Source: a virus
Taxonomy: Duplodnaviria > Heunggongvirae > Uroviricota > Caudoviricetes
IMG/VR virus record: IMGVR_UViG_3300047444_000069
Coordinates: 1 to 64,000 of that record
DNA length: 64,000 nt
Reading direction: 5' to 3' (one strand)
A model generated the notes under the pieces. It was not told the DNA's origin. It made no database searches and was given only the letters and a program-made list of their open reading frames with translations. Below are positions 1 to 8,852 of this stretch, in pieces. Both the position numbers and the translations under genes were made by a program. Within the stretch, counting starts at the first letter, position 1. Every line of letters begins with the position of its first letter.

Positions 1-1
1 C

Positions 2-247
2 GACGGGGAAGAAAGCTGGTGCATCAAGATCAAATCCGGTGAATACGCGGGCGTGGTTTATAAGTACAACTACGTTCGCGTCATCGAACCGAATGATCCT
101 GATGGCTACGCCGTTCTGAAGTTTGATTATGACGTTCTGTACCACGCAGAACTAGCCGAAGACAAGTTCAAGAAAGCGTTCGAGACGGTTCTAGGTGACA
201 TTTTATATGAAGTAATAAGTACCTCACCCGAACCAGATAAAGATTGA
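2..247 (+). CDS. 3' end of an upstream gene (partial CDS, unknown function)
   Basis: Frame is open from the window edge and shares the frame of ORF 53..247; stop at 247; helicase gene follows 6 nt later. Confidence 0.45.
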   Translation, partial: DGEESWCIKIKSGEYAGVVYKYNYVRVIEPNDPDGYAVLKFDYDVLYHAELAEDKFKKAFETVLGDILYEVISTSPEPDKD

Positions 248-252
248 TATAG

Positions 253-1671
253 ATGGAACGCATTGAAAAGACGGTGTTGCAAGGTCTGTTGTACAACGAA
301 GAATTCATGCGCAAGACATTCCCGTTCTTGAAGCAAGAGTACTTCACGGATCAGATCGATGCACAGATGTTTAAAACTATCTCTGGCTTTATTTCGGAGT
401 ACAACAAGTGCCCCTCGAAAGAAGCCGTTGAGATTTCGCTGCAAAATGATCGTGGTGTTGGAGAAGACACCTACGAGAACTGTATCAATGAACTGAATGA
501 GTATGCCCCTACAGATACCGTCAACGAATTCCTGATCAATGAGACGGAAAAGTTTTGCAAGGAACGCGCCGTCTACAATGCGATCACTCGTTCGATCAAT
601 GTGATGGACGGTCGGGACAAGGAACTTGGTCCTGACGGTATTCCGCAGTTGCTTCAAGATGCGCTGGCAGTCGCCTTCAATTCGAATGTCGGCCATGACT
701 ACTTCAACGATGCAGAGAAGCGGTTCGAGTTCTACAACCGTGAAGAAGAACGCATCCCGTTCCATCTGGAACTTCTGAACAAGGTCACCAAGGGTGGTCC
801 GCCCAAGAAGACGCTGACCTGTGTGCTGGCCCCGACTGGTGCAGGTAAGTCGCTGTTCATGACGGATTGGGCGTCGTTCCTTGTGGCATCCGGCTTCAAC
901 GTGCTTTACATCACCTGTGAAATGGCGGAAGAACGCATCGCAGAACGTAATGACGCTAACCTGCTTGATGTTCCGCTGGATCAGTTGAAGTCCATGAACA
1001 AGGACACGTTCCTTGGACGCATGTCGAAGATCACGTCGAAGACGCAAGGCCGGATGTTCATCAAGGAATATCCGACTTCATCGGCGCACGTTGGACACTT
1101 CAAGGCGCTGCTGAACGAACTGAAGATCAAGCAGAAGTTTGTCCCCGACATCATCTTCGTGGACTACATCAACATCTGCCTGTCGCAGCGGTACAAGGCG
1201 GGCGGCAACGCCAACAGCTACACCATCGTCAAGGCCACGGCAGAAGAAATGCGCGGCATGGCGGTTGAATATGATGTACCGGTCGTCACTGCCACTCAGG
1301 TTAATCGAGATGGTATGGACAATTCGGACATCGACATGACCAACACTTCTGAATCGATGGGTCTACCTATGTCTCTCGATATTTTCTTTGCACTGATCCC
1401 GACAGAAGAACTTGAAGCACAGAACCAAATTCTCATAAAACAGCTAAAAAATCGTTTCGGTGATATTAACTACTTCAAGCGATTTGTTGTTGGTATTGAT
1501 CGCTCGAAGATGCGTCTGTATGACTTGGAAAACGCAGCACAAGAAGACATCACGAAAGAAAAGATTGCCGCAAAAGAAGCAAAAACGGCCTATGAGTCAG
1601 ATGACTTCAAGGCCGCTATGACGAAGGCAAAACCGAAGACTGGTTTAGATTTCGATTCGATCAAGTGGTAA
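253..1671 (+). CDS. DnaB-family replicative DNA helicase (T4 gp41-like)
   Basis: 472 aa; Walker A 'LAPTGAGKS'; RecA-like C-terminal core with DnaB-type N-terminal domain; followed by primase a few kb downstream, as in T4. Confidence 0.85.
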   Translation: MERIEKTVLQGLLYNEEFMRKTFPFLKQEYFTDQIDAQMFKTISGFISEYNKCPSKEAVEISLQNDRGVGEDTYENCINELNEYAPTDTVNEFLINETEKFCKERAVYNAITRSINVMDGRDKELGPDGIPQLLQDALAVAFNSNVGHDYFNDAEKRFEFYNREEERIPFHLELLNKVTKGGPPKKTLTCVLAPTGAGKSLFMTDWASFLVASGFNVLYITCEMAEERIAERNDANLLDVPLDQLKSMNKDTFLGRMSKITSKTQGRMFIKEYPTSSAHVGHFKALLNELKIKQKFVPDIIFVDYINICLSQRYKAGGNANSYTIVKATAEEMRGMAVEYDVPVVTATQVNRDGMDNSDIDMTNTSESMGLPMSLDIFFALIPTEELEAQNQILIKQLKNRFGDINYFKRFVVGIDRSKMRLYDLENAAQEDITKEKIAAKEAKTAYESDDFKAAMTKAKPKTGLDFDSIKW

Positions 1672-1707
1672 GCCCTAAATACTCTCAGAAACACTCTGGG
1701 AGTAGTC

Positions 1708-2382
1708 ATGCAACACGCGAAGAAAATTAACCGGCGCTTGAAACCGTTATATGACACTCTGAGAGGTCGGCGCGAGATTAGTCACGCTGACCTTCGCAAG
1801 CTGATCCAGACCGCCATACGCCCGTTTGATGCGCGCTGTGTGATGTATGGTGAAGCAATCGCGACTGACGATGTAGGAATCAGCGGTGTATTCGAACCCG
1901 AAGATCATCACTGGCCCATCAAGATCGAAGTCCATGTGTCGAAATACAGCGATAAACTCATCCTGTCCGACAAGCTGACGAAGCACATGGTCTATGCGAT
2001 CTTCCAATCCCTCTCGCATGAACTGATTCACAAGCACCAGTACCGGTTTAGGGACGACCGCGCACCGATCATCATGTACATGCTAGGTGACGGCCAACCG
2101 ATGAACGCGAAGCAAGCCTACCTTGCGGAAATCGATGAAATCGAAGCCTATGCGCATGACATCGCCATAGACCTGTTCTACAACTATCCCGGAAAGTATC
2201 TGGACCATCTTCGTGATGGTCGCTACATGACTTCCTTGGCTTGGCAGATGTACGTCGAAGCCTTCCACGGCACTGACTGGAAGGACATCCGCAACCGTCT
2301 GTACAAGAAGACCTACGAACATCTCACCCGGATTCGGGAAAAACAAGAAGGATTCACATGTACGATCACTTTCTCTCGTTAG
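1708..2382 (+). CDS. hypothetical protein with HExxH motif (possible zinc metallopeptidase/SprT-like)
   Basis: 224 aa; 'SHELIHKHQ' HExxH; SD GGGAG 6 nt upstream; CTAAATA motif and SD-sequestering hairpin in leader. Confidence 0.6.
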   Translation: MQHAKKINRRLKPLYDTLRGRREISHADLRKLIQTAIRPFDARCVMYGEAIATDDVGISGVFEPEDHHWPIKIEVHVSKYSDKLILSDKLTKHMVYAIFQSLSHELIHKHQYRFRDDRAPIIMYMLGDGQPMNAKQAYLAEIDEIEAYAHDIAIDLFYNYPGKYLDHLRDGRYMTSLAWQMYVEAFHGTDWKDIRNRLYKKTYEHLTRIREKQEGFTCTITFSR

Positions 2383-2543
2383 CCGACTTGATTCAGCTTG
2401 TGTTGATGTTGGCCGCATGTTACGCTTGCTACAGACGTGGGATTACTGTTGGAACAATCTCAACGTTGGAAAAGCTGGAACAGATGGGTGTTGTAAAGTT
2501 GCAACGTGAAGGCGACGACACGGAACAAGAAGAAGAAAAGTAG
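2358..2543 (+). CDS. small hydrophobic protein
   Basis: 61 aa with a predicted TM segment 'LIQLVLMLAACYACY' and acidic tail; ATG overlaps upstream gene end. Confidence 0.35.
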   Translation: MYDHFLSLADLIQLVLMLAACYACYRRGITVGTISTLEKLEQMGVVKLQREGDDTEQEEEK

Positions 2544-2551
2544 AAAAGTAG

Positions 2552-2580
2552 TTGACCATGTTTGGGAATTCAGATATAAT
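2552..2580 (+). promoter_or_regulatory. sigma70-like promoter TTGACC-17-TATAAT
   Basis: TTGACC 2552-2557, TATAAT 2575-2580; spacer holds 'catgtttgggaat', the reverse complement of the ATTCCCAAACATG spacer motif of the repeated cassette. Confidence 0.6.
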
Positions 2581-2658
2581 GTGGTTTCACAGTTGATGTT
2601 GTCGGTCAACAACGGTTAGTAAGGGAGTCCGTGCAAAATTCCCCATACTTGTTGAATC

Positions 2659-2771
2659 GTGAGTGTGATGGAAATGGTAGACATCCTGACGAGGGCCGCA
2701 CGCTGCATAGCGTAATCCTGAATCGGGTTGGCGATAAAAAGCCTGTGCGGGTTCGACTCCCGTCACTCACA
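2659..2771 (+). tRNA. tRNA-like gene, atypical length (~112 nt; possible insertion or intron)
   Basis: Acceptor GTGAGTG(2659-2665)/CACTCAC(2764-2770) and U8; D-arm GATG-GAAATGGTAGA-CATC; T-arm GCGGG-TTCGACT-CCCGT with GTTCGA T-loop; discriminator A; ~60 nt between D- and T-arms is too long for a canonical anticodon plus variable region; flanked by ATCCTGA direct repeats 32 nt apart. Confidence 0.4.
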
Positions 2772-2804
2772 ACTCCATAAATCTTTGTTGAAGAAAAGTA
2801 GAAC

Positions 2805-3011
2805 ATGAAGAAGCAAGCAACCCAGAAGTCGAAGATCGAAGCAATCCTGCGCAAAGGCCGTCTCCTGACGCCGACGCAAGCGAAGTCGTATGGCATCACC
2901 AAGCCGTCCGCACGTATCAGCGAACTGCGCGATGATGGCATGAACGTGGTCAGCACCACGAACAAGTCGGGTAATTTCGCGTGGAAGTTGGGTACGCCCG
3001 CTTTCGCATAA
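2805..3011 (+). CDS. small basic protein, putative (w)HTH DNA-binding
   Basis: 68 aa; 'LTPTQAKSYGITKPSARISELRDDG' helix-turn-helix-like; driven with the tRNA-like gene from the 2552 promoter. Confidence 0.5.
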   Translation: MKKQATQKSKIEAILRKGRLLTPTQAKSYGITKPSARISELRDDGMNVVSTTNKSGNFAWKLGTPAFA

Positions 3012-3113
3012 GAAGCACAACTGGCACTAAACCACGCTACGGACGGCGCTCTGTTCCCTAAACTACTGCCTCTGTAGCGTGTGCGAACATCTACATCAAA
3101 CTGAGAAATCTCA

Positions 3114-3521
3114 ATGCTGCATAACCTGTCGGTCCAAGAAGTTCAAAACAACGTCGCAAACGAGACGGACATCGAAGTCCTTCGTAATGCGCTGGTCCTC
3201 GCAAATCAAATGATCGTCACGCTGGACGAGACGGTCGTTTCCCTTCTGGACCAACTCGAAGAAGTCCTCGAAGAAAACGAAGCACTGTTCGCTGATGCAG
3301 AACGCTATACGCTGGTGAAGTTCACGCTTCCGGCAATGCTGGAAATCGCGACCACGGCTGGTGCGAACAGTCCGCAGCTTGCAGAAGTGTTCGGTCGCCT
3401 GACGCCCGAAACCCTCGATGAATCGCTGGACAGCGCCATCGCCCACGGTGCGCTGGAAGAACTTCGCGAAGCATACGAAGCAGATCAGGCAGAAGCGGCA
3501 CAAGGTAGCCGATTGGACTAA
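3114..3521 (+). CDS. acidic hypothetical protein
   Basis: 135 aa, D/E-rich, helical. Confidence 0.5.
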   Translation: MLHNLSVQEVQNNVANETDIEVLRNALVLANQMIVTLDETVVSLLDQLEEVLEENEALFADAERYTLVKFTLPAMLEIATTAGANSPQLAEVFGRLTPETLDESLDSAIAHGALEELREAYEADQAEAAQGSRLD

Positions 3522-3670
3522 TAATCCAGCGTCAATCAGCACAAAGATACCGGTAGTGTCAGGTAGGGAAAGTAAACGGAGAATGGGAAGCGAAACGGGT
3601 TGAGCCTGAGTAGCGGATACCTCACCGGCCTGTCACAAGAAAGCCCCAAAGTTGTTTTCATCGAAAGGTG

Positions 3671-3699
3671 TTGACACGTTTGGGGCTTTTTGCTATAGT
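3671..3699 (+). promoter_or_regulatory. early-type promoter TTGACA-17-TATAGT with -35 enclosed in hairpin loop
   Basis: TTGACA 3671-3676, TATAGT 3694-3699; AGCCCCAAA(3642-3650)/TTTGGGGCT(3679-3687) 9-bp stem + T-run acts as upstream terminator and forms the spacer. Confidence 0.65.
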
Positions 3700-3730
3700 T
3701 CTTCTATACCAACGAAACGGAGCGCACCAC

Positions 3731-4906
3731 ATGAGCCAACTGACCATCGCTGAGTACCGTGTCGAAGAACTCTACGCCCGCGTGAAGAAGTTCAACAACA
3801 AGGCCACGAAGCTGAATCTCCCGGTCATCACGCTGGCGAAGACGGCGGCATTCACGAAGGACTTCAAGGCCCGCAATTCGGATGGCGTCCTGCAAGAGTA
3901 TTCGATCAACTACGTCACCATCGAAATCACTGGCGACATCCCGCGCATCGGCGGTTGGGCGATTCACTCGAAGGTCGAACCGTCTGGCGTGTTCGGTCAG
4001 AACTTCGTCTACTCGCAACCGGGCTTCGAAGCGGTTGAATCGCTGCGCACGACGAAGATGATCTGCGAACACTGCAACCACAACCGCGCACGTTCGCTGG
4101 TCTACCTGCTTCAGAAAATCGAGACGGGCGAACAGAAGTTGGTTGGCAAGACGTGCCTGAAGGACTTCTTGCCGAACATCGATGTGGCGGCGCTGCTGTC
4201 CTACCTCGAAGGCTTCCGCGAACTCGCAACGTCCAACATCGATGAAGACGCCGAACGTGCTCCCCGCGAAGCTTACGTCTACAGCACGAAGGAACTGATC
4301 GCAGAATGCCTCTACTCGATCCGTAAGGTTGGTTTCCGTTCGAAGAAGGCGGCACGCGAGATGGGCGAAGAAGGTACGGAAACTTCGGCATGGGTCGGCA
4401 TCGCGGATCAGAAGAAGCGCGAAAAGTTGTACCCGCTGGACGAAATGCGCCCGATTTTCGAATCGGGCGAAATCGAGAAGGTTCTGGACTTCATCAAGGC
4501 ACTGAACCCGCGCGATGATTTCGGCTACAACCTGCAACTGGCAGTCGAACAAGTCTACGCCCCGGCTAAGATGTTCCCGTTCGTGGCCGCTGGTGTCCAG
4601 ATGTACCTGAAGTCGCTGGAAAATGCCGCAGAAGCCGCGACGAAGACAAATGAGTACTTGGGGACTGTTGGTGAACGCAGCGTCTTCAGTGGCCTCAAAA
4701 TCGTCCGAGTGACGCCGATTGAAGGTCACTACGGTACGACCTTTCTGACGTGCTTCGAAGATGATGCAGGACGTTCGCTGGTCTGGTTTGCATCGAAGTG
4801 TCCGGGTAAGGTTGGTGAAGTGTTCAACCTGAAGGCAACGATCAAGGAACACAAGGACTACAACGGCACGAAGCAGACGGTGATCACCCGAGCTACGGAA
4901 GTTTGA
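3731..4906 (+). CDS. hypothetical protein (391 aa) with possible zinc-binding CxHCxH...C cluster
   Basis: SD GGAG upstream of ATG 3731; strong promoter upstream, intrinsic terminator downstream; 'CEHCNHNRA...GKTCLKDF'. Confidence 0.65.
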   Translation: MSQLTIAEYRVEELYARVKKFNNKATKLNLPVITLAKTAAFTKDFKARNSDGVLQEYSINYVTIEITGDIPRIGGWAIHSKVEPSGVFGQNFVYSQPGFEAVESLRTTKMICEHCNHNRARSLVYLLQKIETGEQKLVGKTCLKDFLPNIDVAALLSYLEGFRELATSNIDEDAERAPREAYVYSTKELIAECLYSIRKVGFRSKKAAREMGEEGTETSAWVGIADQKKREKLYPLDEMRPIFESGEIEKVLDFIKALNPRDDFGYNLQLAVEQVYAPAKMFPFVAAGVQMYLKSLENAAEAATKTNEYLGTVGERSVFSGLKIVRVTPIEGHYGTTFLTCFEDDAGRSLVWFASKCPGKVGEVFNLKATIKEHKDYNGTKQTVITRATEV

Positions 4907-4910
4907 AGAA

Positions 4911-4940
4911 AAAGGGGACTTCGGTCCCCTTAGTTTTTGG
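4911..4940 (+). terminator. rho-independent terminator
   Basis: GGGGAC-TTCG-GTCCCC followed by TTAGTTTTTGG. Confidence 0.75.
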
Positions 4941-4967
4941 TGACTAAGTAAACTGCGAGGAACAAAT

Positions 4968-5240
4968 ATGTTACAGAAGTGTAAAATTAGGACTGAGAAT
5001 TGGTACTGGAATCGACAGCTACAGCTTCGATTATTTCAGCTTGGTGTGTTCTGGCCGGGAGTGGGGAAGAAGCTTTGGAACTGTCGCAACGGACGTGGGG
5101 ACTACTTGTTCCTTGAACCGGTCCACGATGGTAGCGGATGGTTCCTTAGTTGGGGACGGGAATTCGACTTCAATCGCGCGATTGATCTTCCCGAGACGAC
5201 TGCGAAGTTGTTACTGAAAGACCTAGAATTGACATCCTGA
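4968..5240 (+). CDS. hypothetical Trp-rich small protein
   Basis: 90 aa; SD GAGGAA; sits between two terminators. Confidence 0.35.
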   Translation: MLQKCKIRTENWYWNRQLQLRLFQLGVFWPGVGKKLWNCRNGRGDYLFLEPVHDGSGWFLSWGREFDFNRAIDLPETTAKLLLKDLELTS

Positions 5241-5285
5241 AAAAGATAAATATTAGGTGCAGATCAATTTCCTTCTAAAACAGTT

Positions 5286-5341
5286 TCCCGCCGAAGGCGG
5301 CTGCGCTTGCGCAGATAACTAGTTCCTTACTTGTTCTTTTT
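5286..5341 (+). terminator. tandem hairpins + T-run (terminator)
   Basis: CCGCC-GAAG-GCGG then CTGCGC-TT-GCGCAG then TTGTTCTTTTT. Confidence 0.55.
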
Positions 5342-5433
5342 AGTTACCATGAACCCCGAACTGCATTATATCAATGTTGGGGATTCTTGTCAAGATAAAT
5401 ATTCGCGTTCCAACCTCAACAAAGGATACAACT

Positions 5434-5955
5434 ATGTCTTCATGGACTCTCAAAACACCGCCGACATTCCGGTCTGACGCAGTTGCGTCCGCATCGGGCT
5501 GGAAGCATCCGGTGACTGGCGAAGTGCTGGTCGCTATTCGTGGCCTCACCACGAAAAACGTTGATGCGCTCGTAGTGCCGACCTTCACGCTGGCTGTTCC
5601 GGCTGATGCGACGTACACGGTCGGTCAAGCACTCGTCTTCACGGTCACGGCCTCTGAAGCTGTCTCGATCAGCGGTACGCCGTCGATTGACGTGACTATC
5701 GGTTCGACGGTTCGCCAAGCGCAGTTCACTGGCATCGACGCAACGCAGAAGATTCTCACGTTCTCGTACACGCTGGTTGCTGGTGATGCAGATGCCGATG
5801 GTATCGCGGTTGCAAACACCATCGACCTGAACACGGTCGGTAAGGGCAAGTCGAAGGTGGTGGATCAAGTCGCGGGTTCGGGCGGTCAGCCGATTGATGC
5901 GGCTGCGCTGACGTTCACGGTCCCGGCAACTACGGGTATCAAGACCTCTGCGTAA
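5434..5955 (+). CDS. hypothetical protein (173 aa), beta-rich; possible late/virion protein
   Basis: SD AAGGA; GATAAATA late-like motif 37 nt upstream; T/V/A-rich Ig-like composition. Confidence 0.55.
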   Translation: MSSWTLKTPPTFRSDAVASASGWKHPVTGEVLVAIRGLTTKNVDALVVPTFTLAVPADATYTVGQALVFTVTASEAVSISGTPSIDVTIGSTVRQAQFTGIDATQKILTFSYTLVAGDADADGIAVANTIDLNTVGKGKSKVVDQVAGSGGQPIDAAALTFTVPATTGIKTSA

Positions 5956-5968
5956 TCTGTAGACGAAG

Positions 5969-6373
5969 ATGATTAAAGTCGATCTGACCGAAGACAACTT
6001 CGAGTTCTTCGCAATCAAACATTACGATGACCCGAACTGTTTAGGAGTGCATGAATTTAAAGAAGACATGCAAAGGTTCAAATACCTCAATCGACTTCTA
6101 AACAAATTCGAAGAAGGCGGCGAGATGAAGGTAAATCTAGTCCTGAACCATCTCGTCGTTCTATACAATCTATTCAACGATGCTGCAACCAACCTACTGT
6201 TCTGTCGTGTTGCAGAGAAGCACTGGCCGATTCTGGTCCCGTTCCTGATCTATATCAATCGAATGCCTTCAGAGATATACATATCTTCGAAGCGCATCAT
6301 CCATGACAGCGATATTCACATCGACATGAGCGTGGTCACGGCTTTGCGCGAATTCAACCGTCAAGGTTGTTAA
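5969..6373 (+). CDS. hypothetical protein
   Basis: 134 aa; ends in ...NRQGC. Confidence 0.5.
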   Translation: MIKVDLTEDNFEFFAIKHYDDPNCLGVHEFKEDMQRFKYLNRLLNKFEEGGEMKVNLVLNHLVVLYNLFNDAATNLLFCRVAEKHWPILVPFLIYINRMPSEIYISSKRIIHDSDIHIDMSVVTALREFNRQGC

Positions 6374-6382
6374 GGAATAAAT

Positions 6383-6571
6383 ATGAAAACTGACAACCCC
6401 ACTGCGCGACGGCCCCTCAAATCGTTCAAGATGTTCCTAGAGGATGCGGCTGTTGGTGCGGTTGCTGCGAATGCGACTGGCCCCGCCGTAGCTGGTACTG
6501 GCGATGACAAATCAACCGTTGTCGTCAAGAAAAAGCCAATCATCCAAACACGGAGCAAACCGAACGTATGA
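6383..6571 (+). CDS. hypothetical small protein
   Basis: 62 aa, A/G-rich; stop overlaps next ATG. Confidence 0.35.
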   Translation: MKTDNPTARRPLKSFKMFLEDAAVGAVAANATGPAVAGTGDDKSTVVVKKKPIIQTRSKPNV

Positions 6572-6852
6572 AGACGATCATCCATAAGATGCGGTCTATT
6601 CTGATCAAGAAGGCCGTCGAACAAGTAGACGCTGGATTCGCCTGTCCGATCTGCCACGCAACGCATGTCCATAGCCATACCTCGGCGGAAATCGTTGAGT
6701 ATCGCAACAAGCTGAAAGCAAAACTACCGAAAGCTAGTCAACCCAATCCTGCGCCGAAACGCAAACCGGCACCAAAGAAAGATGTTCCGGGTGAAGTGAC
6801 AACTGCGCCGCCGAAGCGCAAAAGATCAAGGAACAACAATCATGGGCGATAA
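6568..6852 (+). CDS. small basic protein with CxxC-Hx3H zinc-finger-like motif
   Basis: 94 aa; 'CPICHATHVHSH'; K/P-rich tail. Confidence 0.45.
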   Translation: MKTIIHKMRSILIKKAVEQVDAGFACPICHATHVHSHTSAEIVEYRNKLKAKLPKASQPNPAPKRKPAPKKDVPGEVTTAPPKRKRSRNNNHGR

Positions 6853-7336
6853 TGTAGAACTGGACGTTGCCCTGTTGCGTCGAGATTCAGAAGCAACAAC
6901 TCAGATCGTCACGAAGCTTGACAACGCAATTGAAAAGCTGACCGACCTCGGAACCGACATGAAGCAGATGTTGGTTCTTCACGAACAACGCCTTGGGCGA
7001 CTGGAAAAGATTGACAACGAAATTCATGGATTGGTTGAAACGCGTCGTGCAGAACTCCAAACCGACATCAACGATTTGGAGGGCAAGGTGGCATCAACAG
7101 TCAAGGAAATTTCGAGCGACATCAACAAGACAGAAGATCGGTTGATGACGGCAATCAAGGGTGTCAAAGACGACATCGAGAAGGACGGTAAGAAGAAGGA
7201 CGAGAACCACGATGCCCTGACCAAGCGAGTAGAAGCCCTTGAAAAATGGCGCTACATCATCATCGGTGGGGGTGTTGCCGTTGGCTTCATCATCGAGAAA
7301 GTTTTACCGATATTTGGGATTGGGTCACATGGATGA
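6842..7336 (+). CDS. coiled-coil protein with C-terminal TM anchor
   Basis: 164 aa; helical heptads; 'YIIIGGGVAVGFIIEKVLPIF' TM. Confidence 0.55.
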   Translation: MGDNVELDVALLRRDSEATTQIVTKLDNAIEKLTDLGTDMKQMLVLHEQRLGRLEKIDNEIHGLVETRRAELQTDINDLEGKVASTVKEISSDINKTEDRLMTAIKGVKDDIEKDGKKKDENHDALTKRVEALEKWRYIIIGGGVAVGFIIEKVLPIFGIGSHG

Positions 7337-7352
7337 CCAAGTTTGTAGATAA

Positions 7353-7380
7353 GACCGCCTTCGGGCGGTTTTGTCGTTTC
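7353..7380 (+). terminator. rho-independent terminator
   Basis: ACCGCC-TTCG-GGCGGT + TTTTGTCGTTT. Confidence 0.7.
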
Positions 7381-7386
7381 TGGGGC

Positions 7387-7415
7387 TTGCAACAAGTCTG
7401 GGAATGTGAGATAAT
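7387..7415 (+). promoter_or_regulatory. sigma70-like promoter TTGCAA-17-(TGa)GATAAT
   Basis: extended -10 TGaGATAAT upstream of primase. Confidence 0.5.
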
Positions 7416-7455
7416 GCTTCTATCGTATCCACTGCATCATGAATAACTGATCTGT

Positions 7456-8517
7456 ATGGCCCTCTACATCGACGTTAAGTACGTCAGCTTCATTGCCAGT
7501 CGTCTCCCGTTGTTTACCAAGAAAGATGCGGCACTCTGGAACTTCCGTTGCCCCATCTGTGGTGATTCCCAGACCAACAAGCGTAAGGCACGCGGCTATC
7601 TGTTCGCAAAGGAACAGAAGCTAATTTTCGCTTGCCACAACTGCGGCGCGAGCATGTCGTTCGGGAAGTTCCTCGATTCGGTCGATCCGGTCCTCTACAG
7701 CGAGTACCGGCGCGAAGTCTACAAGGAAACGAACGGCGGTCGAAGGGAAGTGAAGAAGGTAGAGAAAGAAGACGACGATGATGAACTGGTCAAGAATCTC
7801 GTAAAAACGGATACAGCGGCCCGGTTCGGTCAGAAGGTAGCGGAACACCCTCCGACACTTCTGGACGGCCTGATGGATCGTTTAGACCGTCTGTCGCGCG
7901 AGCATGAAGCTGTCCGGTATGTGATGGATCGACAGATTCCCAAGAATCAGTTCCACAAGATGTACTTCATCGAGAACATGCTGGACATCGTTCAGCTATC
8001 GGATCGATATGAAGGTCGCATCAAGACCAACGAACCGCGCATCGTTCTGCCGTTCTACGACACGAAAGGGCAGTTGACCGGCGTGACCTGTCGGGCCATT
8101 CGTGGCGAATCGCTGCGCTATGTGGTCGTGAAGGTGAAGGACGATGTACCGCTGATCTTCGGTATCAACGAAATCGACCGGAACAAGCTGGCCTACATCG
8201 TTGAAGGTCCGATTGATTCGATGTTCGTACCGAACTGCATCGCGGTTGGTGGAACGGGGATGCAGAAGGCGAAGACTCTGGGCCTGAAGGATACCGTGAC
8301 GATCTTCGACAATCAGCCGCGCAACAAGGACGTATGTCGCCTTCAAGAGAAGGCTATCGCAAGCGGGGATAGGGTTGTCGTGTGGACCCCGCGAGTGACC
8401 CAGAAGGACATCAACGACATGAAGAAGGACGGCGTTGATTACATGAGCATCATCGAATCCCGGACGTTTTCCGGGCCACAAGCAAAACTAGAATTCGAAC
8501 GATGGAAAAAGTGTTGA
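7456..8517 (+). CDS. DNA primase (T4 gp61-like; zinc ribbon + TOPRIM)
   Basis: 'CPICGDSQTNKRKARGY...CHNCG' zinc ribbon; TOPRIM 'IVEGPIDSMF...GGTG'; 353 aa. Confidence 0.8.
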   Translation: MALYIDVKYVSFIASRLPLFTKKDAALWNFRCPICGDSQTNKRKARGYLFAKEQKLIFACHNCGASMSFGKFLDSVDPVLYSEYRREVYKETNGGRREVKKVEKEDDDDELVKNLVKTDTAARFGQKVAEHPPTLLDGLMDRLDRLSREHEAVRYVMDRQIPKNQFHKMYFIENMLDIVQLSDRYEGRIKTNEPRIVLPFYDTKGQLTGVTCRAIRGESLRYVVVKVKDDVPLIFGINEIDRNKLAYIVEGPIDSMFVPNCIAVGGTGMQKAKTLGLKDTVTIFDNQPRNKDVCRLQEKAIASGDRVVVWTPRVTQKDINDMKKDGVDYMSIIESRTFSGPQAKLEFERWKKC

Positions 8518-8714
8518 AGAAAGAAGACGTTGTTGAACTGGAATATGCGCGATTGATGAATGACATCTTTGGAAGGACCGCACACGGTAAGCTTAAAACT
8601 ACCGATCTGCTTTATCGCGGTTATGCAAACTGGCTTCAGGATGAATACGATCTGGACTATGATGCAATGGACATCGTTCATGCTGTTGCAGCAAAGAAGG
8701 CCAAATATGATTGA
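8502..8714 (+). CDS. hypothetical small protein
   Basis: 70 aa, start overlaps primase end. Confidence 0.4.
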   Translation: MEKVLKKEDVVELEYARLMNDIFGRTAHGKLKTTDLLYRGYANWLQDEYDLDYDAMDIVHAVAAKKAKYD

Positions 8715-8852
8715 CGTGTGTGCCTGTATGGGACCGATCAAGGGCGAACCATATTGTCCGTGCCAGATGCAACAGTTTCAGCCCGGACGAGTGGCGTAAA
8801 TATCACGCCGATTTACAAACCCTTCTTTTCAACGTAAGACAAGCTGCACTGA

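Noticed and set aside
127-1047. 306-aa minus-strand ORF
   Set aside because: Entirely antisense to the DnaB-helicase gene; low-complexity R/L-rich translation typical of a shadow frame
2690-2721. Simple 32-nt insertion model (between ATCCTGA repeats) to rescue a canonical 80-nt tRNA
   Set aside because: After removal the D-to-T-arm distance is still ~6 nt too long and no clean anticodon stem forms; the atypical call is kept
3704-4852. 382-aa minus-strand ORF
   Set aside because: Antisense to promoter/SD/terminator-bracketed gene 3731..4906; Arg-rich shadow frame
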